NCBI GenBank assembly: GCA_964016885.1 | Contig: OZ024740.1 | Span: 409,944,001 to 410,008,000 of the forward strand | Direction of reading: 5' to 3' | Source of the DNA: Eledone cirrhosa | Lineage: Eukaryota | DNA length: 64,000 bases | In this document: one piece after another, positions 33,789 to 51,460 of the stretch | Layout: each line of letters starts with the position of its first letter | Numbering within the stretch: the stretch's first letter is position 1 | Notes under the pieces: generated by a model | Database searches by the model: none | The model's input: the letters and a program-made list of their open reading frames with translations, nothing else | What the model was told of the DNA's origin: nothing | Position numbers and translations under genes: made by a program

Positions 33789-35753
33789 ACTCTTTTACTC
33801 TTTTACCTGTTTCAGCCATCCGGCTGAGCCCATGCTGGGGCACCGCCCTTGTTGCTACACATTTTATCTCCAGCCTGTATAGGTTGGCCACTGGTGTAGG
33901 AGGGAGTTTGTTGCTGCTGCCCTTAGGTTTCCCTCATGTCTTGCTGTGGGCTCATCCGGGATCCTGGATAACAAGGTGTCGAGATGTTTCTTAAAGACAT
34001 CCACCTCCACGTCATGAAAATCTCTCAGATGCCTCGGCAGCCTGTTGATGAGTTGAGGGCCCTTGAATCCCAGGCTATTGCAATACCTGCTCCTTATTCT
34101 AGATGTGGAAGACGGGACCTTTGGCACCACACAATGACGTCCTGTTCGACGGTTGGTCCAGCTCCCAATGCCAAAGTTTGGTGCTAGTCCCTCCAGGATT
34201 TTCCACATGTAGATCACTGCGTATCTCTCCCGTCTTCGCTCCAAGGAGTAGAGGTTCAGTTCCTTCAGCCTCTCCCAGTAGCTTGTCTCTCTCATCTTGG
34301 CAATCCTCTTGGTGTAGCTTCGCTGGATTGCCTCAAGCTCCGTGGTTAGTTTGACACTATGGGGTGACCACAGCTGGGAGCAGTAGTCCAGCCGGCTTAG
34401 GACAAAAGTCCTCCACAGTGTCAACATGGTGTCTCGATTACTTGTAAGGAAAGTCCTCAAGATCCAGCCAGCGAATCGTCTACATGTTGTCGCCACCTTC
34501 ATGATGTGTGAAGAAAAAGATGCATCATCGCTCATGTCTATCCCCAGGTCTCGTATCGATTTTGACACGGGGATATCGGTCCCTCCTGGTCCTGTGTAGC
34601 TGTGTTCCACTATATTTGTGTTTGCTGGTTTGTATTGTAGGGCTTGGAATTTGCCAGCATTAAACTGCATGTTGTTTTCTTCCGCCCATCTGTATATGGC
34701 ATCCAGATCCTGCTGTAAAAGGGCAGCGTCAGCCGGGTTTTTGATTGCCTGTGCTACCTTAGTGTCATCAGCATAGCTAGTGAGGGATGTTGTTGCATGC
34801 ACCACAGAGGGCATGTCCGAGAGAGCCACCAAAAACAGTAGTGGTCCCAGGACTGTCCCCTGGGGCACCCCACTTGTTATTGGTGTTTCCTTTGAGAGGA
34901 CCCCATTTGCTGCGACTGCCTGGCTTCTGTCCCTTAGGAAGCCATGCAGCCACTCACCTACTTTTCCAGTTATGCCGAGTCCGTGTAGTTTGTGACATAT
35001 CATTCCGTGGTCGACCTTGTCAAAGGCCTTCGCAAAGTCAAGATATATCACGTCCACATGTGAGCTGTCTAGTAGTTGTCTCAGTACCCAGTCGTAGTGA
35101 TGTAGCAGCTGTGTAAGGCAGCTTCTTCCTGGGCGGAAGCCATGTTGCGTGCTAGTCAGGCGGTCATTTTCTTTGAGGAAAGTGATTAGTTTCTTTCTGA
35201 CGACTCGCTCCATGACCTTACTGATATGCGACGTCAGGGAGACTGGCTTATAGTTCTTAGCCTCCGCTCTACTACCTCCTTTATGGATAGGGCATATTGT
35301 GCCTTCTTTCATCTCCCTGGGTAGTACACCGCTAGCCAAGGAGCTTCTGAAGAGCATCTTCAGTGGAGTTGCTAAGGCCCGCTTACATATTTTTAGGAGA
35401 ACTGCTGGGAATCCATCAGGTCCAGCAGCCGAGTCTGTTCTAATTTCATCAATGGCGTACACTACATCCTCCTCCGTTATGTCTATGTGGTTATGGTTGC
35501 CATTTCTTGATGTAGTGTTGTGGCATCAAAGAACTCCTCTGGCTTCGTTATTTGCATGTGCCTCAGTGGACATGTGAAGACACTTTTGTACTGTTCGTTC
35601 AGTATTTCACATATCTCTTGGGAATTTTCGGTTAATGAACCGTCCGTGTGGAAGAGTGATCCAATCTTGCAGTGTACTGAGGCAGTTTCTTTTGCAAATT
35701 TAAAGAAGGCCTTAGGGTTTGTTTTAATGTTTTCTATGGCCCTGTTCTCTTTC
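33789..35753 (-). mobile_element. CR1-group LINE, 5'-truncated, RT mostly open
   Basis: AAGPDG, QHGFRPGRSC, YLDFAKAFDKVDH, SGVPQGTVLGPLLF, YADDTK, LYSLERRRER; one frameshift near 35480; short 3' UTR ending in (GTAAAAGA)2. Confidence 0.93.
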
Positions 35754-35773
35754 ATATATATATGTATATATAA

Positions 35774-35817
<44 letters not shown>

Positions 35818-35874
35818 GTGTATATATATGTATATATATATATGTGTATATATATATATGTATATATATATATG

Positions 35875-35919
<45 letters not shown>

Positions 35920-36030
35920 GTATATATATATATGTGTATATATATATGTATATATATATATATATGTATATGTGTATATGTATATATGTATATGTATATG
36001 TATATATATGTATATGTATATATATACATA

Positions 36031-36637
36031 GTCAGGTCACCACTTGGTGCTACTGGTAACATGTATCCCAGTACAACCTGTCTCATGGTCGGGTCGTTGG
36101 CGACTAAACTGGCAACCCCACCAAGGTTTCTTGGTGAGGAGGGTGACTTTGGACATCCTGCAGGAATAAAAACAAAACCTGTCAAAAGGCAAAGGAGCTC
36201 TTAAGAGTCAATGGCCATCCAAAATCACCGGGAGAGATGACCCCTTAGCCTTTGTCAAGGCAGAATTCTAGAAGGAAAACTCTGATATAACACCTGCAAC
36301 TCTGATGGTATGCAATGATGTTGACTTGTTCTCCTTTTTGGTAAATATCATCTTGGTTAAGAGAGTGGGACTGGCTTTGTGCAGTGCCTTTGCTCACTAT
36401 AAAAGCTTCATGGCACAGGCATTACTTTATATCTGGAGATCTCTCTGCACTTGTCGTCACATGGTACCATGGGCCCAGCACTATGTGTCAATAATTGTCA
36501 CAAGTGTAGTGTTTGTACCAAAGTTTTCAAGTCGCTGGCTGGACTAAAAAGTCACACTCGTTCAGCGCATCGGTAGGGGGTTCTCTTACATGGATATAAA
36601 GTAGTGGCCGTACTCGGAAACGAGTTGGCAGCCACCA
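36031..36637 (+). repeat. Repeat resembling an RTE 5' UTR; copy 2
   Basis: First ~320 bp near-identical to 29635-29958; flanked by TA tracts. Confidence 0.65.
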
Positions 36638-36639
36638 TG

Positions 36640-36754
<115 letters not shown>

Positions 36755-36763
36755 GTATATATG

Positions 36764-36812
<49 letters not shown>

Positions 36813-36813
36813 G

Positions 36814-36844
<31 letters not shown>

Positions 36845-36861
36845 GTATATGTATATATATG

Positions 36862-36946
<85 letters not shown>

Positions 36947-36970
36947 ATATATATATGTATATATATGTAT

Positions 36971-37004
<34 letters not shown>

Positions 37005-38284
37005 ACGATATTAAATAAATGGAAACTATATTTATAAAACCATATTTATTTCATTATATATATTTCAGGGATATCATATTAACAATATGCTATGCCTTCC
37101 TCAGACAAAATACAATATAGACAGTTTTATAGATAAATAGATTTGACATACCGTTCAACATCGACTTGTATTTGAAAAGTTGATATGGCAGTGAAAATTG
37201 TAAACAGAAAGAAAGAAAGAGAGAAAGAAGGAAAGAAAGAAAAGAAAGAAAGAAAACGAAGAAAAAGAAAAAAAAGAAGAAATGCATGTAACAAAATAGA
37301 GAGATGGAAAGATAGATAAAGAGAAGAACTTCATGTAAAGAAACAGAGAGAGATATATATATAGAGAGGAAATAGATAGAGATAGATATATATAGAGAAA
37401 AGTAGGTAGTTGGACATCCGTTGAATAAACGTATCAATGATACATTTATTTATTTATTTATTTATTTAGCTCTAGTATTAATGTAAGGGAGATATATGTG
37501 GTTAGGAGAGAAACCAGCTGTTATATAGAGCGAAAAATGAAAAGTAACCAGACATAGGCGAGGCATAAAAACCCTATGTTTTAATGTAGAAGTATTAGTA
37601 TGTATAAAAACCAGGCACTATAATGTAAATATCAGTATTCCTGAATGAGACACGTATCCATAATGTGTGAAAAGTAATGATGTTATGTTTAGTTTTAAAA
37701 ATTCATATGTTTATATGATAACTACAAACATCGATGTGAATTTACGTGATCAACTCTGCAAACCCCAATTTCACACGGAGAACATTCTCATTGTGCTATA
37801 AAAATTTAAGTATACATATATGTGTATATATATACACATATATATAGAGTCTATATTAATTTTAACAATACTATTCTTGTCTTTACTCTACATGATTATC
37901 TATCAAGCAGAAATAGAGAACAGATTTCAATATATTAATAAAAAATATCAGAAACAAAAACAAAAACAAAAAATAATAATAATAATAATAAATAATAATA
38001 AAATAGAAAACTAAAAAATATTACGAAAAAATATTACATATTAAAAATAAAAATATTAGAAAATACTACAATAATAAAAATAAACCACAAAGATCAACCC
38101 TTCAAAATTAATTGACAATATATTGCCAAGTTCATTATAAGCATCAGAGTCGAAAACAGATAAAGCTAAAAATTATTTATCAAATCGCGTCTAGCAAAAA
38201 TCATTTCAAAAAGTTTAGGATGCCCATTTGGTCTACATGTGTTCTTATATTTAATATAGAAGTTTATCTATATATAGAAGTTTA

Positions 38285-40105
38285 TAATGGCCTCATACTG
38301 AAGGAACTGAGGAAAAAGTACAAGGTAGCAGATAAGGCCGAGCTTGAGAAAATGAATGTCGAAGCATCTTGTATAATGCACGAGTTGGAAATTGAGAACA
38401 GAACACAACCTTTCGTGCCCAGGAAACCGAAGATCAATATGAAAGATCACAAAAGGAATTTTGAAAATGACTTGCCAGTTAGATTGATCGCACCATCAAA
38501 ATCGGACCTGGGCAAATTAAGCAAAAACATTCTTGACAGGGTGATACAGCAAATTAAGAACTTGGATTGTTTACCTAACCTGAGCTTGTGGAAGGGAACT
38601 GGAGAGGTTGTTGAGTGGTTTAAGCAAATTAAATATAACAATAATAATAAGTTTATTCAACTTGATATTGCTAACTATTATTCTTCTATTACCCCTAATC
38701 TACTAAATAAGGCACTAAATTACGCATTCAAACATACAGACCTAACTAGCAATGAAATGCACATTATATTATCGGCTAGGAAAACATTGATAGAATTTAA
38801 TGACCAACTATGGACCAGAGCAGATAGAGATAGCAATTTTGACATTACTATGGGATCATCCGACTCAGCTCAGGTAACTGACCTTGTGGGCTTATTTTTA
38901 ATCAATTCGCTACATAGGAAAATACCTGGTACTACCGGAGGTTTATATAGAGATGACATGCTTTTACTTATTGATAATAATAACTCTGAACTAAATAGAA
39001 AAAGTAAACAAATTACACAATTTTTTAATTACTTTAATCTTAAAATAGAAATTGAGAACAACCATAGAATAGTCAATTTCCTAGATATAACATTAAATCT
39101 CAACACATGTCTTCACTATCCTTTTCACAAGTTGAATGAAAACTTAAACTATGTCAGCTTTAACTCTAACCACCCCAGATCTGTCAAAAACACTATAGTA
39201 AACTCTGTTCAAAAACGTATCTCTAGAATCTCGTCTAATAGAAAGATTTTCGACGAAAAAGCCCAGTACTACAATGAAGCGTTAGCTAGAGCAGGATATA
39301 GTGATAAGATTATGTACATAGATAATGATAGACAAACTAAACAAAATAACAACTATTTTAATTACGGCAACAACCTTAACAACTATAATAGAAAGCATTA
39401 CAATAATTCCAAAAGCCAAAAAAGAAATAGAACTAGGAACATAATTTGGTTTGCCCCCCTTTCTCACTAAACATTAAAACCCACATCGCTAAACTATTTT
39501 TTAAAGCTCTTGATAATCGCTTCCCTAGAACACATAGGTATCACTCAATTTTCAATAGACATACTATAAAATTAACCTACTCATCCACCAAAAATTTAGC
39601 ACAAAATATTAATAGAATAAATAATAGGAACTTAAAACCTAGTGGTAATAGCATAAATAATATACAAGTTAACAAATGTAACTGTAGAGATAGATCTAAA
39701 TGTCCGTTAAATAACAACTGCTTAGTTAAAAATATAATATACAATTGTAATGTTAAAACTGACTCTAATTCTTTTAACTACGTCGGTTCCACATCGACGG
39801 AATTTAAACTTCGCTATAATAACCACAAGAATTCTTTCACAGATCCAAGCAAAAAATCTTCAACAGCACTATCAGGCGTACTCTGGCAACTTAAGCTAGA
39901 TAACGTTAGATATTCGACGGCTTGGAATATAGTCTCAAGAGGGATTCCTTTTAATTCATCCTCTGAGACATGTGACCTCTGCGCAGAGGAGATATTCTTT
40001 ATACTAAAATCTAAAAATTCCCTTAATCTACGGACAAATTTATTCAGTTGCTGCAAACATAGATTAAATTCAACTTTTAAATATAAATTTAAATTTAAAA
40101 TGTAG
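38285..40105 (+). pseudogene. PLE reverse transcriptase + GIY-YIG endonuclease, one frameshift
   Basis: FIQLDIANYYSSI, TMGSSDSAQ, GLYRDDML, NFLDITL, SNHP, RNIIWFAP/PFS, CNCR..CPL..CL, IIY..YVGST, RYNNH, CDLC..E, CCKHR. The frame breaks at the C6 run 39454-39459; one more C restores it (mutation or homopolymer error). Confidence 0.92.
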
Positions 40106-41428
40106 TATATTTAGTTTGATTTATAATTATTTGGGAAACTAGCCGATAAATCTTTCGATTTCTTCTTTTTATTCTTCTTTTTATTTTTTTATTTTTATTT
40201 AAACATTCTTCATGAAAAATTAAACTACCCTAAAAGTTGATGCTCCAAATATTTCGAATAAACGTTACACTAGATAAACTTCTATATTAAATATAAGAAC
40301 ACATGTAGACCAAATGGGCATCCTAAACTTTTTGAAATGATTTTTGCTAGACGCAATTTGATAAATAATTTTTAGCTTTATCTGTTTTCGACTCTGATGC
40401 TTATAATGAACTTGGCAATATATTGTCAATTAATTTTGAAGGGTTGATCTTTGTGGTTTATTTTTATTATTGTAGTATTTTCTAATATTTTTATTTTTAA
40501 TATGTAATATTTTTTCGTAATATTTTTTAGTTTTCTATTTTATTATTATTTATTATTATTATTATTATTTTTTGTTTTTGTTTTTGTTTCTGATATTTTT
40601 TATTAATATATTGAAATCTGTTCTCTATTTCTGCTTGATAGATAATCATGTAGAGTAAAGACAAGAATAGTATTGTTAAAATTAATATAGACTCTATATA
40701 TATGTGTATATATATACACATATATGTATACTTAAATTTTTATAGCACAATGAGAATGTTCTCCGTGTGAAATTGGGGTTTGCAGAGTTGATCACGTAAA
40801 TTCACATCGATGTTTGTAGTTATCATATAAACATATGAATTTTTAAAACTAAACATAAGATCATTACTTTTCACACATTATGGATACGTGTCTCATTCAG
40901 GAATACTGATATTTACATTATAGTGCCTGGTTTTTATACATACTAATACTTCTACATTAAAACATAGGGTTTTTATGCCTCGCCTATGTCTGGTTACTTT
41001 TCATTTTTCGCTCTATATAACAGCTGGTTTCTCTCCTAACCACATATATCTCCCTTACATTAATACTAGAGCTAAATAAATAAATAAATAAATAAATGTA
41101 TCATTGATACGTTTATTCAACGGATGTCCAACTACCTACTTTTCTCTATATATATCTATCTCTATCTATTTCCTCTCTATATATATATCTCTCTCTGTTT
41201 CTTTACATGAAGTTCTTCTCTTTATCTATCTTTCCATCTCTCTATTTTGTTACATGCATTTCTTCTTTTTCTTCTTTTTCTTCGTTTTCTTTCTTTCTTT
41301 TCTTTCTTTCCTTCTTTCTCTTTTTCTTTCTTTCTGTTTACAATTTTCACTGCCATATCAACTTTTCAAATACAAGTCGATGTTGAACGGTATGTCAAAT
41401 CTATTTATCTATAAAACTGTCTATATTG

Positions 41429-41494
41429 TATTTTGTCTGAGGAAGGCATAGCATATTGTTAATATGATATCCCTGAAATATATATAATGAAATA
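41429..41494 (+). ncRNA. Minimal type I hammerhead ribozyme (inverted copy at 37047-37112)
   Basis: Stem I attttgt/atgaaat (2 GU), CTGAGGA 41437-41443, stem II agg..catatt/aatatg..cct, GAAA 41475-41478, T-ATAT-A-T-A; predicted cut after 41486. Confidence 0.7.
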
Positions 41495-41700
41495 AATATG
41501 GTTTTATAAATATAGTTTCCATTTATTTAATATCGTAAATATACTCCAAATACTTGTTGAGTGCTTTTATATCAGTTATAAATATTTACTAGTTGTAACC
41601 CAACAATTTAAATATAACTTTCCATATATGTATATATATATATGTATATAAATATATATGTGTATATATATATGTATATATATATATGTATATATATATG

Positions 41701-41756
<56 letters not shown>

Positions 41757-41785
41757 CATATATATATATACATATATATATATAC

Positions 41786-41866
<81 letters not shown>

Positions 41867-41869
41867 TAC

Positions 41870-41951
<82 letters not shown>

Positions 41952-41961
41952 ATATATACAC

Positions 41962-41992
<31 letters not shown>

Positions 41993-42016
41993 CATATATA
42001 TGTATATATATATATG

Positions 42017-42068
<52 letters not shown>

Positions 42069-42124
42069 CATATATATACGGATATATACATATATATATA
42101 TATATACACATATATGTATATATG

Positions 42125-42157
<33 letters not shown>

Positions 42158-42222
42158 GTATATGTATATATATATATGTATATGTATATATATGTATATA
42201 TATATATATCTGTATATATATG

Positions 42223-42295
<73 letters not shown>

Positions 42296-42348
42296 GTATA
42301 TATGTATATATGTATATATATATATATATGTATATATATATACATATA

Positions 42349-42391
<43 letters not shown>

Positions 42392-42396
42392 ATATG

Positions 42397-42429
<33 letters not shown>

Positions 42430-42453
42430 GTATATATGTATATATATATATAT

Positions 42454-43011
42454 GTAATAAATATAAATTAATATATATGATGAAACACAAATACCAACAT
42501 ATCTGTGTTTATATTGCAAAAGAAATTAAGTTAGCTAGAATGAAATATACTAATTATAATATTACAGCTTGCTTATATCGATTTAAAATAATAAATCAAC
42601 AAAAACAAACAGTATTGGCAAATGGCCATGGTGTTTAAACAAATTTAAGTTTCAAAATCAAACCTGTTCCGTAGATAAGTTTAAACTTTAAAATCCAACT
42701 ATGTTTCGAGATAAATAAGTGTAATGATATCTTGTCCAGCCCTCATCAGTAAATACCCTGAACAAATTGATATGCTTCACTTCTAAATATTTTAAAAGAC
42801 TGTTTAACGCACATGGTTTTACAGTTTCTAGCCAGCCTCATACTCGTACTGCTAGAAATAACAGCCGTATATATTTGGCTACTAACAGCTCAACCTAAGG
42901 AGCAATTATATTAAGTGTATTGAGTTCAAAACTCAAGCATTCCTTTACAATGAAAATGAATGCTTGAGTTGTAAAGGAATACTTGAGTTTTGAACTCAAT
43001 ACACTTATTAT
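42454..43011 (-). mobile_element. Duplicate of the 32641-33198 hammerhead/fold-back insert
   Basis: Colinear at offset 9813 with scattered substitutions; core at 42749-42703. Confidence 0.7.
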
Positions 43012-45401
<2,390 letters not shown>

Positions 45402-45904
45402 ATAAATTAATAAAAATATTAATAAAAACAAAGAAACTGTTCCTTATATTAAAAAATTCATCATTTTACGATCGTTTCTAGGATATATATGTTTGCGTTG
45501 GTATGTATATCATATAGATCTAAGTAAAATTTTTACAAACTATCAGAGGGATATTTCTGAAGACAGCATATATATGTGTAGGTATGTATATTCCCTCTGA
45601 TAGTTTGTAAAACTTTTACATAGATCTATATGATATACATACCAACACAAACATATATATCCTAGAAACGATCGTAAAATGATGAATTTTTTAATATAAG
45701 GAACAGTTTCTTTGTTTTTATTCATTATTTATATTAATTTATCTTGACTCTGTTTTCCTGTATTTTTCATCGAAAAAAAAACCTTTTTGAATACATCTTC
45801 TCTTTTCATGATATTCGGATTACATTGAGTTCTTCATACGGATTGGACACTACCGTACATTTTGGTAGATTTATCTACATACTTTGTTCCTAATTTTATA
45901 AAGG

Positions 45905-45905
<1 letters not shown>
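45402..45905 (+). mobile_element. Fold-back PLE-type mini-insert
   Basis: Arms ~45402-45553 and ~45588-45742, then a unique tail to 45905; homologous to 62856-63170. Confidence 0.8.
45553..45680 (+). ncRNA. Type I hammerhead with ~100-nt stem II
   Basis: attt-CTGAAGA (45557-45563), long imperfect hairpin, GAAAC-GATC-GTA (45665-45676), aaat. Confidence 0.75.
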
Positions 45906-47425
<1,520 letters not shown>

Positions 47426-49377
47426 ATAGAAATCACATGAATCAAAGTTCTGTTCAAACCATTTATTAGCTTACAATTGTTTCGTCCAAACCGAGGTTTG
47501 GAGTCTTCGGAGCAATTTTTCAATGATTGTTTACATACATGACCTCCTTTCCAACACAAGAGACATACAGATACATATGTATATATCGATGCACAGTGGG
47601 GTGACATCCATTATAATATTTTTGCATGACAATTTAAATTCAAAAATTAAAATCATATTAAAACAAAATTAAAGTTAAAATACAACATCGTCAGTTTACG
47701 AAGATAATGCAAGAGGATAGTTTGTTAGTCAATTGAAGTAGTTAGTACATGCAATAGTTACACGTGGGGCATCCACGTGTGTCTTATTTATATAAGATTA
47801 TTGTGCGGCAAGGTGTTATATGTAATACAAGCACTTTAAGCGGGTAATCAAGTGTATTATGGGGGTTGTAGTGGTAAAGTATTTTTTGTGTATGATAAAG
47901 AAGCTTGTGTGCAGAGAAATATTATAAATGAGAAGCAAAATAATGTTATGGTTTTTGTATACACCACCATTTTCACAATCCAGGAAACGTAATATATAGT
48001 TTATATGTCCTTCACATAATTAAAGATGATTCAGTATTGGATGTTTGATGTATAAGTTAATTTATTACAGCTTGTTGTGGCTCAGTGTTCTTTAATCCCA
48101 TTTTTATAGAGCAGGTTATTTTTGTTGCGAGAATTTACATCGTTTTATTTTCCGGAAGTATGTGTGTGATTAAGGGGAGTTAATGCGTGAGGGGAGGTAA
48201 CTAGCTGATTTCTATAACTAAATTTATTATTCCAATATACATTAAAAGGTGTCTCAATTGAGTCCCTTATATATATGATTATATACAGTTTCCAAATTTA
48301 AGTATCCTATCTTTAAATTACAATCTACTCTATCAAGAAGTACTAAAGGTACCTATATTAGGATGATTACTCCCTATCATAGAGTGTTACAACTGAATAT
48401 TCCATACGAAGAGTCAGATCTCCATATCAATGTTCTTTGTAAATGTAGTCTACTCACAGAACCTGACAGGGTCTTATTAGAACCACGTCTATATATAACC
48501 CCTGGTAAGCTCTGGGTCAGCGCATGGCTGATTGCATGGTAAAGTGAAATATCTCTAGGGTAGACCAAAGAGTAATTCTCACTTACAATGTCATTAATCC
48601 GTCTATCAAGTTATACATGTATGTATAACTCATATACCACTTGTACATAATTCATTGTAGGTTATATAGCTCTTTTATGTTAATAAATTAATCTTCCATT
48701 TATCTAATGATAGTACTCCATACATACAACAACATTTGCACAAATAATTCAGTGTTTAAAGTTTACATATAATTATATAGTGATATAATGTAGTCTAAGT
48801 AATTGAAGGTAATTATACTAAAAGTAGGTGTACATGGGTATATTTCTAGGGTAAAAGGCTTTAGATAGATGTCACGAATTGTGTTAAGATAGGGTGGATC
48901 ATTGAGTGTGGAGTTGCGGTGTAAGGTGTGCCCTTGAGGTGTGTTACTAGAAGTGGTGATGGGTTCAAGTCTGACATTGCTATATATTGGGTTTAAAGTT
49001 TTGGAAGGATTGTCGGAAGCGGTGCTGGCATGACGCGAACACTTCTGATTTTTTATTAAGGAGGTTATGGTTTGAGAAGATAATAGTATGGGTCTCTAGT
49101 AGACAGAGGTTACAAAATTTATTAGGTGGTTTGTACGATGTCGCCTTACCTATCACTTCCCATTTAAGTGTATAAGATCTATTTTTAGTTTTTAGATAGT
49201 GTATGTAGCTAGATAGTGAAGTGGAGTTGGCTAGACTGTGTTTTTTGAAAGAATGGAGGTGCGAATTGTATCTAGTTTTGAAGCAGTTTGAAGTAGAGCC
49301 TATATAGGTTTCAGAAGAGTTGCTAGTTGTGACGGTGCATGAGTATATGATATCCTTGATTAAGCATTTTTTATCAT
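47426..49377 (-). mobile_element. 5'-truncated Penelope-like element: GIY-YIG remnant, ~1.5 kb 3' region, hammerhead
   Basis: CLIKDIIYSCTV..YIGSTS..FKTRYNSH..W....KA..Y..CNLCLLE..LLNKKSE..CQHR, stop at 48980; hammerhead near the far end; TA tracts on both sides. Confidence 0.85.
47469..47513 (-). ncRNA. Minimal hammerhead (U4C core change)
   Basis: gct-CCGAAGA-c-tccaaacc-tc-ggtttgga-c-GAAAC-AATT-GTA-agc. Confidence 0.75.
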
Positions 49378-49434
49378 ATATATATGTATGTATGTTTATA
49401 TGTATATATATATGTATATATATATGTACATATG

Positions 49435-49465
<31 letters not shown>

Positions 49466-49467
49466 GT

Positions 49468-49700
49468 AGGAGGTGAGTTTTATTGTAGTACAATAAAGCA
49501 ATGCAGATATCGGATAAATAGCACTCTATAGTTTGTAGGACTGGAGTATAAATAATATATAAGATCAAACGATGGTTAAAAGAGTTCCATGTATTTTATT
49601 ATGCGCATTTCAAAAACAAATATCATGATGATATTTGTTTTTGAAATGCGCATAATAAAATACATGGAACTCTTTTAACCATCTTTTGATCTTATATATT

Positions 49701-49702
<2 letters not shown>
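49468..49702 (-). mobile_element. Palindromic mini-insert with the 3' half of a hammerhead
   Basis: 75-bp arms 49552-49626/49628-49702, 1-nt loop, one mismatch; contains GAAA-T-GCGC-A-TA; unique tail 49468-49551. Confidence 0.7.
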
Positions 49703-49734
<32 letters not shown>

Positions 49735-49872
49735 ATCCAATATCAAGATAAATTAAATGAATTTAATCTAAATCGAAATTGTGGGTGTCATGCCATAACG
49801 GCGTGCACCATATCGCCTGGAAATAAGCTCAAAGATAGGTTCGAGCATTTTATAATAACTAGAAATTGATTA

Positions 49873-50420
49873 ACATATATATATACATGAATAATCACAG
49901 GAGATAATTTTTACAAGCGTGTAACCACGCATGGCTAGTTGGGTAACAAATAAATAAAGTTGACTACAACTTCAAAAATATATACCTTTAAGTATAATTA
50001 ATTTTGGATATAGATATATAAATACGGCTCCTTAATTGTAGAGCTATTTCTGTTGAAGGGAATTTTACTGCTATTTCTAGTTGTCGAATACTTATTCACG
50101 CCACTGAAACGAAGCTGCTGTGATGTGTAGACACAACACGTGGTAGCGGCCAGATGAGGATTTGAACTCGCTGTGTGAGCATGGATCGCTGGACATTATT
50201 CTTCCTTGTTGACAATCCAATAATATCCACTTTCCGTGACTTACCATCTGATTAATTGGTGAAATATATTTCTTTAATGGGATATATACAAGGAAGGTTA
50301 ATCATACTTAAAGGTATATATTTTTGAAGTTGTAGTCAACTTTATTTATTTGTTACCCAACTAGCCTATGCGTGGTTACACGCTTGTAAAAATGATCTCC
50401 TGTGATTATTCATGTATATA

Positions 50421-50427
<7 letters not shown>
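49873..50427 (+). mobile_element. Fold-back insert with ~128-bp inverted ends and an internal hammerhead
   Basis: 49873-50001 is the reverse complement of 50298-50427. Confidence 0.78.
50201..50296 (+). ncRNA. Type I hammerhead with U3-A8 core
   Basis: Stem I cttccttg/caaggaag (8 WC bp), TTGACAA 50209-50215, stem II ccaat/attgg, GAAA 50261-50264, 9-bp stem III, AUA cut site after 50288. Confidence 0.8.
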
Positions 50428-50515
<88 letters not shown>

Positions 50516-50554
50516 GTATATATGTATATATATATATGTATATATATATATATG

Positions 50555-50599
<45 letters not shown>

Positions 50600-50642
50600 G
50601 TATATGTATGTATATATATATATGTATATATATATGTATATG

Positions 50643-50735
<93 letters not shown>

Positions 50736-50749
50736 TGTATATATATTTG

Positions 50750-50780
<31 letters not shown>

Positions 50781-50781
50781 G

Positions 50782-50838
<57 letters not shown>

Positions 50839-50846
50839 GTATATAT

Positions 50847-51460
50847 AACGGCGATGAGTTAGTTTTGCGAGGTTTTTGTTATGAAATCGTGTGTCGAAAC
50901 AAATATTGTTATACTTGGGGAGGGTCATATTTGTGTAATAATATTGCCAGAATTAATAACAGAACACACTCACTGTTTGGTTGGTTTTCGCTTCTGTGTC
51001 TTTTATATCGGTTAATTTAATTTATTCGGTCCTCAATGTTACCATTGACTGACCAACGGTCAAAACTACAGATATAATATAGACACAAACACATATATAT
51101 AGTCTATCAAAGTTCTTTCGTTGCACATCTGCAACATCGTCAGTGGTGCTATTGTTTCCTCCTGTTGTATTGTATGCCTACGCCATCTTTATTTAGACTA
51201 ACAACAGGAGGAAACATAATAGCACCACTGACGATGTTGCAGATGTGCAACGAAAGAACTTTGTTAGACTATATATATGTGTTTGTGTCTATATTATATC
51301 TGTATTTTTCACCGTTGGTCAGTTAATGGTAACATTGAGGACCGAATAAATTAAATTAACCGATATAAAAGACACAGAAGCGAAAACCAACCAAACAGTG
51401 AGTGTGTTCTGTTATTAATTCTGGCAATATTATTACACAAATATGACCCTCCCCAAGTAT

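Larger units (their letters stand above)
37004..41623 (+). mobile_element. Penelope-like element (C-terminal GIY-YIG), 5'-truncated, with 1267-bp inverted repeats
   Basis: 37004-38270 is the reverse complement of 40271-41537 (paired coordinates sum to 78541; only a few mismatches); RT-EN coding region between the arms; TA tracts on both sides. Confidence 0.93.

Noticed and set aside
38285-40105. Naiad-type selenoprotein PLE
   Set aside because: The endonuclease is C-terminal and there are no in-frame TGA codons.
37004-41537. Long inverted repeats as DNA-transposon TIRs
   Set aside because: The interior encodes PLE RT/GIY-YIG, not a transposase, and the element continues past the right arm.
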